Both the position numbers and the translations under genes were made by a program. The notes under the pieces were generated by a model. The model had not been told where the DNA came from. It searched no databases and saw nothing but the letters and a program-made list of their open reading frames with translations. This document shows, piece by piece, positions 19,157 through 28,958 of a stretch of 28,958 nt of DNA. The stretch lies in the NCBI RefSeq assembly GCF_004010195.1, contig NC_057711.1, forward strand, positions 83,680,465 to 83,709,422, in the 5' to 3' direction. The first letter of the stretch is position 1; each line of letters opens with the position of its first letter. Origin of the DNA: Chiloscyllium plagiosum. Lineage: Eukaryota.

Positions 19157-21751
19157 TGCTTCCAATTAAACCTGTTGGACTATAACCCGGTGTTGTGTGA
19201 TTTTTAACTTTGTACACCCCAGTCCAACACCGGCATCTCCAAATCACAATGAAATCTCTTCTCAGGGGAGAGCCTAGCATCAAATTAACATAGCAAACGG
19301 ACTCATTCTGCGTACATTTGGCGCATAGTCTTAATGCCCACACTAATACCCTCACCAAGATAGCATTCCAGCTTAGGCCACTGAAAGTGTATATGCAAAG
19401 CACAAACATCATTTTTGTACCATGGACAAAGCTCTAAGTGTCACACAGTTCAATTTTGCAGCCATTGTCTTTTTACTGCAGTGAGAGTTTTCTCTATCTT
19501 TATTTTCTTCAAATAAGATTTCCCTTAAATTTTAATTAATATTCAGCTAAAGCACAGGGAGAGCAACGTGAAGAGACAAATGCACAACCTCTGAAAAAAA
19601 ACTGGAAAAGTGAAATAACTTTTGAATTGTTGACATCTTGAAAACTCAAACAGGCAAAATGTATAATCTACTGCCATGACAGATTTTCTTTTAGAATATG
19701 TGTATTCCCCTATCTAAAACTGTAGTTTTTGCTGGTTAATCAAATAATAATAACTTCTTTGTAGAAATTATCAGGTGACTCCTCAGTCGGGTCTACTATA
19801 TTGTTCATTACAGAGAAATAAAATATTGATAATAACAACCCCAGTATTTAAAAATCAAACGTTCCCTTCTCAGGCAACAAAGAAGGCAAGTCCACCAGCC
19901 ATTATTAAATGTGTTCATCGTAACAGAATGCTAATTAGCTTTGTTTGGCTCTGACTGTCCTTGAATACAAACTTCAGGAACTACAAGCACAGCTGTTTAA
20001 GGATTAAAATGGAAGCAGAAATCAATATGATGCATCAGAAAATGCTTTTTTCAGATCATTGCACAAACCTGAGGAAATATCACTTCAAATTGGGAGTGCG
20101 TTTTAAGCTCCTGCCCAAAATCAAGGTGGTAAAATCTAAAGACAAGCAGGTTTCGTCATGTTGATGAGTCCAGAGATGAGACACCAAGACTATTTTGTGC
20201 AGTTCTTTGCTTGATTCCCCTCAGTGGAGGTGACGTGAGGTGTACATTATCTGAATAGGACTGCAGTTGGGAAAGTGAAGTGACAGGCAGCGCTAATGAA
20301 AGGTCTGAAATGGAAGACAAAAACACTGGTCTCTGCTGACTGCCTCCTTAATAACTGTTGCCTGCCACATTTACGCAAAATGGTAAAAAATAAATCAGCC
20401 TCCTATCTCAATGCTTTGTTGCCTAGGCTTGCACGTCAAGTCTGCCATGACAACGGATGAAAAAGAATACTGGAATTTAGATTTCACAAGTGCCTTATTT
20501 TAATGGCTTTAAAAATAATTCTAATCAAATGTACTTGTTTTGTGTAGTATATGTTGGATATGTAGCTGAATTCTTTGATAAAAGGCTAAATATACTACAA
20601 ATACAAATGTTGTAAATGTAAATGATGCAAATATTATTCCATTTTCTTCAAAAAGATATTAAGAATAATTTTAAAGCACACAGGGAAGACACTGCTTTTA
20701 TTTTTGCTATTAGGATCCTATTTAGAAAGAAGAAATAACATTTTTAATCCACTTTCATCCCCTAAAGCGGTTGCTTGTCATTACGAATCTCACTCTTTCA
20801 TCTTAGCCATTGTAAATTGAGCATAGGATATATAACCCCATTCAGGGTTGTACAATCTAATGGCACTTACCCTCCGTCTTCTGTCAACATGAGTGAAGAG
20901 CTGACTATTCTTAGGCATTTAAATCTCATGACAATCTTGCAATCAAATTGTCATTGTCTTTACAATGGATTTTCTAAGGTCCTTGCCAGCTTAGTGGCTA
21001 GACTCAGACTACCAATGGTCTTATTACTATTCAATAAACCTTTAGATCTATCTGCTAATTTGAGAAAGATTGAACTAGGCTCACCCAAAACCATGCTGTG
21101 AATGTGAATATTAGATAATCGTGAATCCTAACCTCATTTATGTGATTTTGTGGTGGAGAATAATTGCGTCCTCAAGATCTACCATGCTTAATGTACCACA
21201 ACAGCACATGTCTTTAACTTTCATTGGAATGCTTCCTCAATTACAAATGGATCAATGTACAGCACTATGCAGGTTGAGAAGGACCCAGAATCAGAGGAAA
21301 CATAAATGCTTTTGGCTTAAAATGGAAGTGAAGATCATGAGGTGTGGTCTGTCCCTGTTGATAGCAGGCAGCATGCAAACATCTATAAGTTTGAAGCCTG
21401 CCAACCAGCATGAAGTGAGCTGTTGACTGGCTGTAAATTCAGTAGCAGGCTCAAGTTCATGCATGGCTTGGGCGATGCACAGGTCACACCATAAGCTTCT
21501 CACACTGCTCAAAGCACCACAATCCCATCCATCAGAAATCAAGGCTTGCGGAAACATTCATATACTCCACTCACACTCACCAATGTTACCAGCTCATACC
21601 CATCTCTCACTGATTACTGTTATTCAGCTATGATAGGCACATGTCCCTACACAGGTAAAAACAAGGTCTGCAGATGCTGGAAACTAGAGTCTAGATTAGA
21701 GTGGTGCTGGAAAAGCAGAGCAGGTCAGGCAACATCCAAGGAGCAGGAAAA

Positions 21752-21784
21752 TCGACGTTTCCGGCAAAAGCCCTTCATCAGGAA
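21752..21784 (-). ncRNA. Minimal hammerhead motif (stem II closing pair mutated)
   Basis: Minus strand TTC-CTGATGA-A-GGGC-TTTT-GCCG-GAAA-CG-TC/GAT. Confidence 0.65.
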
Positions 21785-21795
21785 TAGAGGCTCTA

Positions 21796-21828
21796 TTCTT
21801 GATGAAGGGCTTTTGCCCGAAACATCGA
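21796..21828 (+). ncRNA. Minimal hammerhead motif (C3 to T, stem III CG to CA)
   Basis: TTC-TTGATGA-A-GGGC-TTTT-GCCC-GAAA-CA-TC/GAT. Confidence 0.62.
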
Positions 21829-23534
21829 TTTTCCTGCTCCTCGGATGCTGCCTGACCTGCTGTGCTTTTCCAGCACCACTCTAATCTAGACATGTCTCTA
21901 CACATTACATCACACTCAGACAATCTTGCTTTACAGTTGCAAGACAAGGTTGAACATACTGGAGGGAATGCCAGAGACCAGCATTGGGTGGTGAACATCT
22001 CTGTGATTTCTAAAGAGTGTTGAAGGAGATGCTGTACTACATCTCCTTACTGAAGCCCTTTCATTTAGCGTTGCCTATCAAATCCAACTTTACACTCATC
22101 CTGTTATTTGACATGAAGAACAAGTTGCGAATAGTGCAACCATTAGACAGTTTATTCTTCATCCTTCTCTAACCCCACCCTTTTTCACTTTTGTTTCAGA
22201 TAAGTGCACAAGCATTAGCCAAGATGTGATAAAGAGTCACGTGATCTCATAATCACAGCCATTGGTTCAGAAACTGGTATCACATGCATCTTAGAGTGTA
22301 ATCCAGTTGGAATCAGCATGCGGTGAATCACTGGGCACAAGTGAATTAAAGACATCTGACAGAAAGGATCATTTGTGTGAACACACCAGAGGACAAGGTC
22401 ACAAATCTCTGGAAGAGAATTGAATTGAGGACTTTGATGGGTGGTGCACAGGAAGAGGATGATGGATATGAATCCCAAAATGTTTGAAGATTGACAGGTT
22501 AATAAACATAAATTAATCAAGAGCATGTTGTCCTTATCAAGGACTGAAGCAGAGTATGGTCCAAATTGGCATAAGGCTTCATTCAGAACTTGGAGACCAT
22601 CCTTCCCAGTATGGAAATGGGGAGTACCCTGTAGCAGAATTTGTGGATCCAGCAATAATCTTTTGTCTCAATTTCTCAGCTTCTGTTTTGGGACAGGCAG
22701 AAGTTGCTAGACACACAAAATCAGCACTGCATGCTCATACTCAGATTATGAGATCCAGACTTGCTTCTTTTTAAGCTGAACCTTGTGCCAGACAGGCTCA
22801 GGTTACTGCTATTGCTGACACTGATACCTGGACTCCAAAGGGATTTGGAAGCTCTCCAACCAGCGTAACAGTCCATCCTGCAGCTGATGACTAAGAATGC
22901 TGCCGAGTCAGTCTTGGCAACTGGCAGTAACTCCATGAAGCATGAACCCCATTGGTAGAATATTATTGAGACACCAAGGGCTTTGCATGCCAGTGGGAGC
23001 ACCAGTGAAAAGCCCACGCTGAATTTTGCAAGAAGATATTTAAACCATGAGCCATTCGGGTTATGGTTTGGTCAGGTGTGGGCCTTTCACTGGGATCATA
23101 GCTCTGGGGAGTGGAGGACCCTCTTTTGAAAGACTGTACCACTGAGGAGCCCATGGCTGAACCAAAACAACAAGTACCAGGACCAAGGGGTAACCCAGTC
23201 CAGAGGGAAGAAATGTACAGAGTTCTATCATAGAGTGGGCTTCATGGGGTAAGGATAGAGGTGGATCAACAAGAAGGGAAGGGAGTGTGGTGCTCAGCAG
23301 CACCTCCTCTTCTTGATGTTGAGTTCCTCAATTAGAAACTGAGTACCTTTTGCTTGAGTGCATGACCCCAACCCTGACCCCTTCCAGGAGATAAGATGGC
23401 CACATAGTTTTAACTACAGTGAGCCCTGAATGGAAGCAGGTTAGCCTGAGCTAGATTAATATCTGTGGGAGTGGGATGAGGACCTTAGATGTTCCCATAA
23501 CTGGCTGTGTTTTTATTTTATCAGAATTTCCTCT

Positions 23535-23910
23535 TAGTTTCCCATGCCCCTGACAAGCTAGCTTAAACCTTTCCCAACAGCATGAGCAAATCTCCCTGCA
23601 AAGATATTACTCTCATTCTTGCGAAGATGTCTTTGTTGAGCTCCTTTAAGGCCCAGAACTAGCCCCTTCTATAATTCTATTATATTCAAATGCCCCAGAA
23701 GTTAAAAGCCCAACATTCTGCACATTTCTTTCCAGTCATGTGTTCATTCACACGACCTTTCCACTTCTACACTCACTAACATGTGGTACTGTGTGTAATA
23801 CTGAGATTGCTGCCTTAGAGATCTTGCCTCTTAGTGTCTTGCCTAGATCCCTAAATTCTCTCATCCCTCTTTTTACCTATGTCACAGGTACTAATGTCGA
23901 TCATGACTGC
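23535..23910 (-). mobile_element. Decayed CR1 ORF1 (esterase) fragment
   Basis: The reverse complement parallels 28365-28720: GTCATGATCGACATTAGTACC (~VIVHIGTND), GCAATCTCAGTATTACACACAGTACCA (~VISGLLPVP) and AATATCTTTGCAGGGAGATTTGCT...TTAAGCTAG (~NILAGRFA...LN*). Confidence 0.75.
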
Positions 23911-23924
23911 TCTTCACATTTTAA

Positions 23925-24960
23925 TCACAAGTTCCAAAATGGGGTTGTTCACTGATGATTATGCAATGTTCATCACCATTTGCGATTCCATGGATACTGA
24001 ATATTTTCAGCACACAAGTACCTGGCAATACTAATCTTCATCAAAAGAGAATTGGACCATGCCCTGAGAAGTTTAATACTATATAAATAAATCATGAAGA
24101 TAAATATAAATTTATATAAATTTATCATATAAAGAATAAGGGGACACACATCTTAAGTGAAGGATTTTGAGGAAATTTGAGGAAAACCTTTCTCAACCGG
24201 ACGGATCTGGAATGCATTGCTGGAAGGGTAGTTAAAGTAGGTATCCTCACAACCGTTCACAAGAACTTAGATGAACATTTGAAGTGTAATAGCATTCAAA
24301 GCTATAGGCCAAATGCAGGCAAGTGGGAATGGTGTAGGTAGTAGCGTATCCTTGCCAGTCCAGACTTGATGGGCCCAAGGTCCTCTTCAGTACAGTATGA
24401 TTCTATGAAATACTGTGGCTACAGAGGAACATCAGAGGCTAGGAAGTCTGCAGCCCCCAACTAATTCATCCAGCTGACTTCCATGCCAATTCACATCCAC
24501 ATAACACAAGTCCAGAGTGTGATGGGATATTTGCCTCATCAGCGGATGTGTGCAGCTCCAACAATACCCAAGAAGCCTAACCTCATTTCAGGACAAACAA
24601 TCCATTTAATTGACACCCCATTCACCACATTCAACACTGACTGCTAACTACTGTCATATGGTGGCAGCGGTTTTTATGATTTACAAGATGCACTGCAGTA
24701 ACTCACCAAGATTCCATTGGCAGTACCTTCCAAACACATGATCTTCAACAATTAGAAGGAGAACGGGCACGTGCATGGGGACATCAGCACCTTTTAGTGT
24801 CACTCCAAGCCTCACCATTCTGGCTTATTATTATGGAGTGTCACAATCCTGGATCTCCCTTCCTATCAGCAAATGAGTTTCCTAAGAGTGGCAACAGTTC
24901 AAAAAGGAAGCTCACCAACAACTTTTCCAGGCCAATTAGGAATGAGTAATAAATGCTTTC
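23925..24960 (+). mobile_element. Decayed LINE of the second family, split by a CR1 3' fragment
   Basis: GGGTTGTTCACTGATGATTATGCAATGTTC (~GMFADDCTMF) at 23942. Resumes at 24409 (AATACTGTGGCTACAGAG). Ends GCAACAGTTCAAAAAGGAAGCTCACC...AATAAATGCT, matching the reverse complement of 26985-27050. Confidence 0.78.
24100..24408 (+). mobile_element. CR1 LINE 3' fragment nested in the older LINE
   Basis: ATCTGGAATGCATTGC (~WNAL), CTTAGATGAACAT, TATAGGCCAAATGCAGGCAAGTGGG (~GPNAGKW), UTR GATGGGCCCAAGGTCCT and tail TATGATTCTATGA. Confidence 0.85.
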
Positions 24961-25089
24961 CCAAACAGGACTAAAGGGATGCAGAGATGTTCTGGTGTTG
25001 TATATATATTCAGCATTTTATTGAGTTTGGTTGTTATGAAACACAAGTTAGCTTATTTCAGCCAGGATAGCAGAAGAAAAGAAACATTT

Positions 25090-25528
25090 GAGCCCAGAGC
25101 TATTGAATTAGTATGGGTTGATCAGGAATAGAACTCTGCTTTTTAGTTTGTGGCTGCTGTCATTAGGTTAAGACAGAAGGAGGTTTAGATGAGATGGTTC
25201 TCCCTTACACATTCTAAATGTCTTTTCAAATGTCAAGATTCAAACAGAAGAGATCACAATTTCAAGATAGTCAGCAAGAGAGTCAGGAGTGAGGTAAGGA
25301 ACAACTACTTCACTCAAGAGTTTTTAGGATTTAGAATTTGCTGCCTAGAAGAGTGATGGAGGCAGATTCCATAGGAGGCTTCAATAAAGAGTTGAATTTT
25401 TATTTGAAAGTGATGAATTTAGAGGGCTACAGAAATAGGACTGGAGGATGAGACTAGCTGCGTAGCTCTTTCTGGAGACAACACAGATGCAATGGGTCAA
25501 ATGGCCTCATTCTGTACTCTAATATTCT
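25090..25528 (+). mobile_element. Old CR1 LINE 3' fragment
   Basis: AACTACTTCACTCAAGAG (~FFTQRV), TGCTGCCTAGAAGAGTGATGGAGGCAG, GGGCTACAG and UTR ATGGGTCAAATGGCCTCATTCTGT. The 5' boundary is approximate. Confidence 0.8.
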
Positions 25529-25824
25529 GGATGAGATGTTTAATGGGCTACAAACCTGGCATCTCCTCGACTGACAAGGAAAACACAAATTGAAACAAAT
25601 ATATTTCCATCAGCAAGAAACAGAAATATTGAAGTATACATGTACGTGCATAAATAAAAACAAATGAAGCTATTCTTCAGAATCTGAAATTAAGTGAAAA
25701 TAGTGAAACTGGTTGTGTGTTCAAGCCATTTATGAACAATAATCAATAATACATGTTAAAGTTCAAATCAATATTCAGCTGGAAAAAAGTATCAAAAAAA
25801 AATTAAATGACCCTGAATAGTACT

Positions 25825-26580
25825 TACATGAACATTTATGTTGCATTCATACCTCATTTTAATGTATAGTGCTTCACAGAAGAAGCCAAAGAAGAAGAAA
25901 TTAGGAAGGGGGCAAGAAACTTGGTCAACAAGATAGGTTTTAAGGCAGGTCTCACTATATTAAAGCCTTAGTGTAAGACTTTACTATTACTTGTGTTACT
26001 AATGTTTGCAGTGCCTTGTGAATAGTTAGCGAACTCCCACCATCCTGATTATCACAGTTCCCAGACAAAAGCTGTTAAGAGTTGCTGCTGCATCTCCAGC
26101 CAAATGTGCAAGCCCTTCATGTGTCAGTAACCTATTCAAATGAAGGAAATTCACTGTGTGCATCACAGTTCACCCTCTACCCAGCTTGTATAGCTCAGCC
26201 TGTACTGTAAACCAATTTCGTGGAACATTTATAGAATATTCAATCATATTTTGGTATCACTTATTTGGAGGTATTTGCATGTAGGTTGAGAAATTTAAAA
26301 TTGAGATGCTGCTTAACCAGATGTTAGTGTAGATATAATAAGTGCAGATACAATAGCTGAATCGGACCACATGCAAATTAGATCACAGGTAGCAGAGTTT
26401 TGAATGAGCCCAGGTTTACAGAGGGTGCAAAGAGGGAAGTTGGCTAAGGGACCCTTGGACTAGTCAAATCTGGATGCAACAAAGGCGTGGATGAGAATTT
26501 CAGCAGTGGATGATGTGAGGCAGTGGTGGAACAAGGCAGTAGCATGCAGGTGGAAATGAATGGTTTTGGTGATGGAGTGT
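25825..26580 (-). mobile_element. L2 LINE 3' fragments (interrupted at ~25955-26255)
   Basis: Minus strand 26557-26430 reads FHLHATALFHHCLTSSTAEILIHAFVASRFD*SKGPLANFP (cf. L2 FHLRNIARLRP.LS...AETLIHAFVTSRLDYSNALLAGLP). 25830-25952 resembles the L2 3' end. Confidence 0.8.
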
Positions 26581-26860
26581 GGAGGTTGGTAGGTGAAATG
26601 GCAGGTGGGTATAGTGGCAGATGACAAGGGTGGTATGTTGACAGTGTGACTGTTCTGTAGGTGAGAATGTAGGTAGGTGGGTAGATGAGATAAGAGAATG
26701 TCAAGTCTGGCTGAGAGAGTTGGTCAAGTAGAGTTGTTGTGTCGACAGAGGGTAGGATAGGGGTAATCAAGGCTTCAAGGTGGTAGCCTGATGGATGAAG
26801 GGATAATGGAAGGTTGGGGGCATAAGGAGAAGTGTAAGAAATTTGGAGGTCAGTTCTATA
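26575..26860. repeat. G-rich, C-poor low-complexity tract
   Basis: Repeated GGTG/GGTAGG-like words; the compositional mirror image of 2250-2800. Confidence 0.4.
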
Positions 26861-26947
26861 GTTATTTAGGAGTTAGACAGATATTCTGTCTAAAATATCT
26901 TGTGTAACCATTTGTGGAACTTTCTGAAGACTCCAATTTCATATCTC

Positions 26948-28196
26948 TTTTTTTTTATGTGTGACATGGGACATGAATGTGGGCCAGCATTTATTGCCTG
27001 TCCATATTTGCCCTTGAGACGGTCATGGTGAGCTGCCTTCTTGAACCACTGCAGTCCACACGCTATAGATAGATCCACAATGTCCTTAGGGAGGAAATTG
27101 TAGGCTTTTGACCCAGTGCCAGTGATGGAATGAGGATGAAATCAGGATGGTGAGTGACGTGGAAAGGAAACTTGCAGTTAGTGTTCCCATACATCTGCTG
27201 CTCTTGTCTTTCTAGATGGAAGTGGTCGTGGGTTTGGAAAGTGCTATTTAAGGATCTTGGTGAATTACTGCAAATGCATCTCGTAAATAATATACACCGC
27301 TGATGGTGGAAGGGGTGCATGTCTGTAGATATGGTGCAAGTCAAGTGGCTGTGTTGTCTTCTTGAGTATTGTTGGAGATGCACTCATCCAGGCAATTAGG
27401 ATGTATTCTATCAGATTCTGAATTATGCTTTTCAAATGATGGACAGACTTTGGGGAGTCAAGAGGTGAGTTATTTGGCACAGTATTCCTAGCCTTTGACC
27501 TGCTCTTGCAGCCATTGTGTTTATGTGGTGAATTCAGTCGAGTTTCTGGTTAAGGTAATCCCCAGACTGTTGACAGTGGTGAATTCAACAATGGTGACAC
27601 AATTGAATGTGAAGGGGCAGTTGTTAGTCACTTATTGGAAATGGCCATTGGCTGGCATTTGAGTAGTGTGAATGCCATTTGCCACTGGTCAGCCAAAGCC
27701 TAGATATTGTCCAAATCTTGTTGCATTTGAACATGGACTGCTTCAGTATCTGAGGAGCTGCTGATGGTGCTGAACACTATGCAATCGTTGACTACTTCTG
27801 ACCTTATGATGGAGGGAAGATCATTGATGAAGCAGCTGAAGATAGCTGGACGTCGGACCCTACCCTGAGGAACTCCTGCAGAGATGTCCTGGAGCTGAGA
27901 TGACTGATCTCCAACACCCACAGCTGTCTTTTTATATGTGTGCCTCCAACCAGCAGAGATTTTGCTCCCTGATTCCCTTTGACTGCAGTTTTGCTAGGGC
28001 TCCTTATTGCACACTTGATCGATTGTTACTTGATGTTAAGGGCTGCCTCATCTCTGGAATTCAGTTCTTTTGTCCATGTTTGAAACAAGATTGTAATGAG
28101 GTTAGGAGCTAAATGGCCCTTTTGGAACCCAAACTGAGAATCACTGAGCAGGTTATTACTGAACAGGTGCTGCTTGATGACACCTTCCATCACTTG
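26948..28196 (-). mobile_element. Decayed LINE (second, CR1/L2-group family) with RT remnants and A-rich tail
   Basis: ORF 27700-27921 reads DISAGVPQGRVRRPAIFSCFINDLPSIIRSEV...MQQDLDNI. Minus-strand 3' end AATAAATGCTGGCC...CATAAAAAAAA. Confidence 0.9.
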
Positions 28197-28958
28197 AGAC
28201 TGGCTCTAATGCAACGAGGAGTACATTGGCTTCCTAGAGATCAATTGTGTTAGGGGATTCTGTAGTCTGAGGTGCAGACAGATGTTTCTGTGGCCAGCAG
28301 AGAAAAAGCAGAAGGATGTCTCGGAGGGGGTGCAGAATGTTCTAACGGGGGAGAGGGGCCAACAAGAGGTCATTGTCCACATTGGAACCAACGATATAGG
28401 AAGGGAAAAGGTTGAGATTCTGAAGGGAGATTAAAGAGAGTTAGGCAGAAATTTAAAAAGAAGGTCCTCAAGGATAGTAATATCTGAATTACTCCCAGTG
28501 CTACGAGCTAGTGAGGGCAGGAATAGGAGGATAGAGCAGATGAATGCATGGCTGACGAGCTGGTTTATGGGAGAAGGATTCACATTTTTGCATCATTGGA
28601 ATCTCTTTTGGGGTAGAGGTCACCTGTACAAGAAGGACGGATTGCACCTAAATTGGAAGGGGACTAATATACTGGCAGGGAAATTTACTAGAACTGCTTG
28701 GGAGGATTTAAACTAGTAAGGTGGGGTGGGGGGGATCCTGGGAGATAGTGAGGAAAGAGATCAATCTGAGACTTGTACAGTTGAGAACAGAAATGAGTCA
28801 AACAGTCAGGGCAGGCAGGGACAAGGTAGGACTAATAAATTAAACTGCATTTATTTCAATGCAAGGGGCATAACAGGGAAGGCAGATGAACTCAGGGCAT
28901 GGTTAGGAACATGGGACTGGGATATCATAGCAATTACGGAAACATGGCTCAGGGATGG
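28197..28958 (+). mobile_element. CR1 LINE 5' region (ORF1 esterase and start of ORF2), continuing beyond the window
   Basis: ORF1 SGNH motifs are followed by the endonuclease N-terminus LNCIYFNARGITGKADELRAWLGTWDWDIIAITETWLRD at ~28840-28958. Confidence 0.93.
28241..28716 (+). pseudogene. CR1 ORF1 SGNH/GDSL esterase domain, disrupted
   Basis: IVLGDS (28244-28261), VHIGTNDIG, VISELLPV and KDGLHLNWKGTNILAG. In-frame stops and a deletion at ~28313 that removes the expected CC.PGA block. Confidence 0.88.

Larger units (their letters stand above)
18975..19256. mobile_element. Fold-back mini-Penelope insertion (different family) with 12-bp TSD
   Basis: TSD CACAATGAAATC at 18975-18986 and 19245-19256. 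Loopless palindrome 18982-19203 centred on GAATTC (111-bp arms, 5 mismatches). Tail 19204-19244. Confidence 0.92.
21639..21904. mobile_element. Fold-back mini-Penelope insertion with 15-bp TSD
   Basis: TSD ACATGTC(C/T)CTACACA at 21639-21653 and 21890-21904. Tail 21654-21688. Arms 21689-21789 and 21791-21891 (101 bp, 6 mismatches) with a 1-nt loop. Confidence 0.92.
21240..23320 (+). mobile_element. Second decayed Harbinger Myb/SANT-like gene region, interrupted by the PLE hairpin
   Basis: MEVKIMRCGL(S/P)VDSR at ~21322 (~EEV..RRDVLFP.DGR). Acceptor-like TTGCAAGACAAGGTTG at ~21937 parallels 14955, and TTTTGTTTCAG/AT lies at 22189-22201. 22425-22650 resembles the later exon of shark Harbinger Myb genes (recall only). 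Confidence 0.45.

Noticed and set aside
19260..19440. Possible ancient SINE relic (also 25960-26250)
   Set aside because: Only a vague resemblance; no A/B boxes or tail that I can demonstrate.
19860..20340. Repeat-free stretch with TAATTA, CTTTGTT, TGACGT and GAAAGTGAAGT words, suggesting an enhancer
   Set aside because: Short motifs alone are not evidence; cross-species conservation data would be needed.

Overview
This is vertebrate non-genic or intronic DNA. The repeat content (HE1-type SINE, CR1/HER1-type LINEs, shark-type Penelope elements) points to a cartilaginous fish, probably a shark. I find no supportable host protein-coding exon, and most of the window is transposable-element debris. 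It holds several CR1-clade LINEs (two with long RT ORFs, one with ORF1 esterase plus the start of ORF2), fragments of a second LINE family and of L2, one or two solo LTRs, HE1 SINEs, decayed PIF/Harbinger transposase and Myb/SANT relics, and six Penelope-like element (PLE) loci. The PLE loci carry nine copies of a minimal hammerhead-ribozyme motif. The most striking structure is three independent ~225-260 bp fold-back insertions (13181-13432, 18975-19256, 21639-21904). Each is a PLE 3' end joined to its own inverted copy, giving 93-111 bp arms with a hammerhead motif in each arm, an unpaired 35-41 nt tail on one side, and a 12-15 bp target-site duplication. Family assignments come from motif recognition and recall, not database searches. 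There is a 319-nt N gap at 7285-7603.
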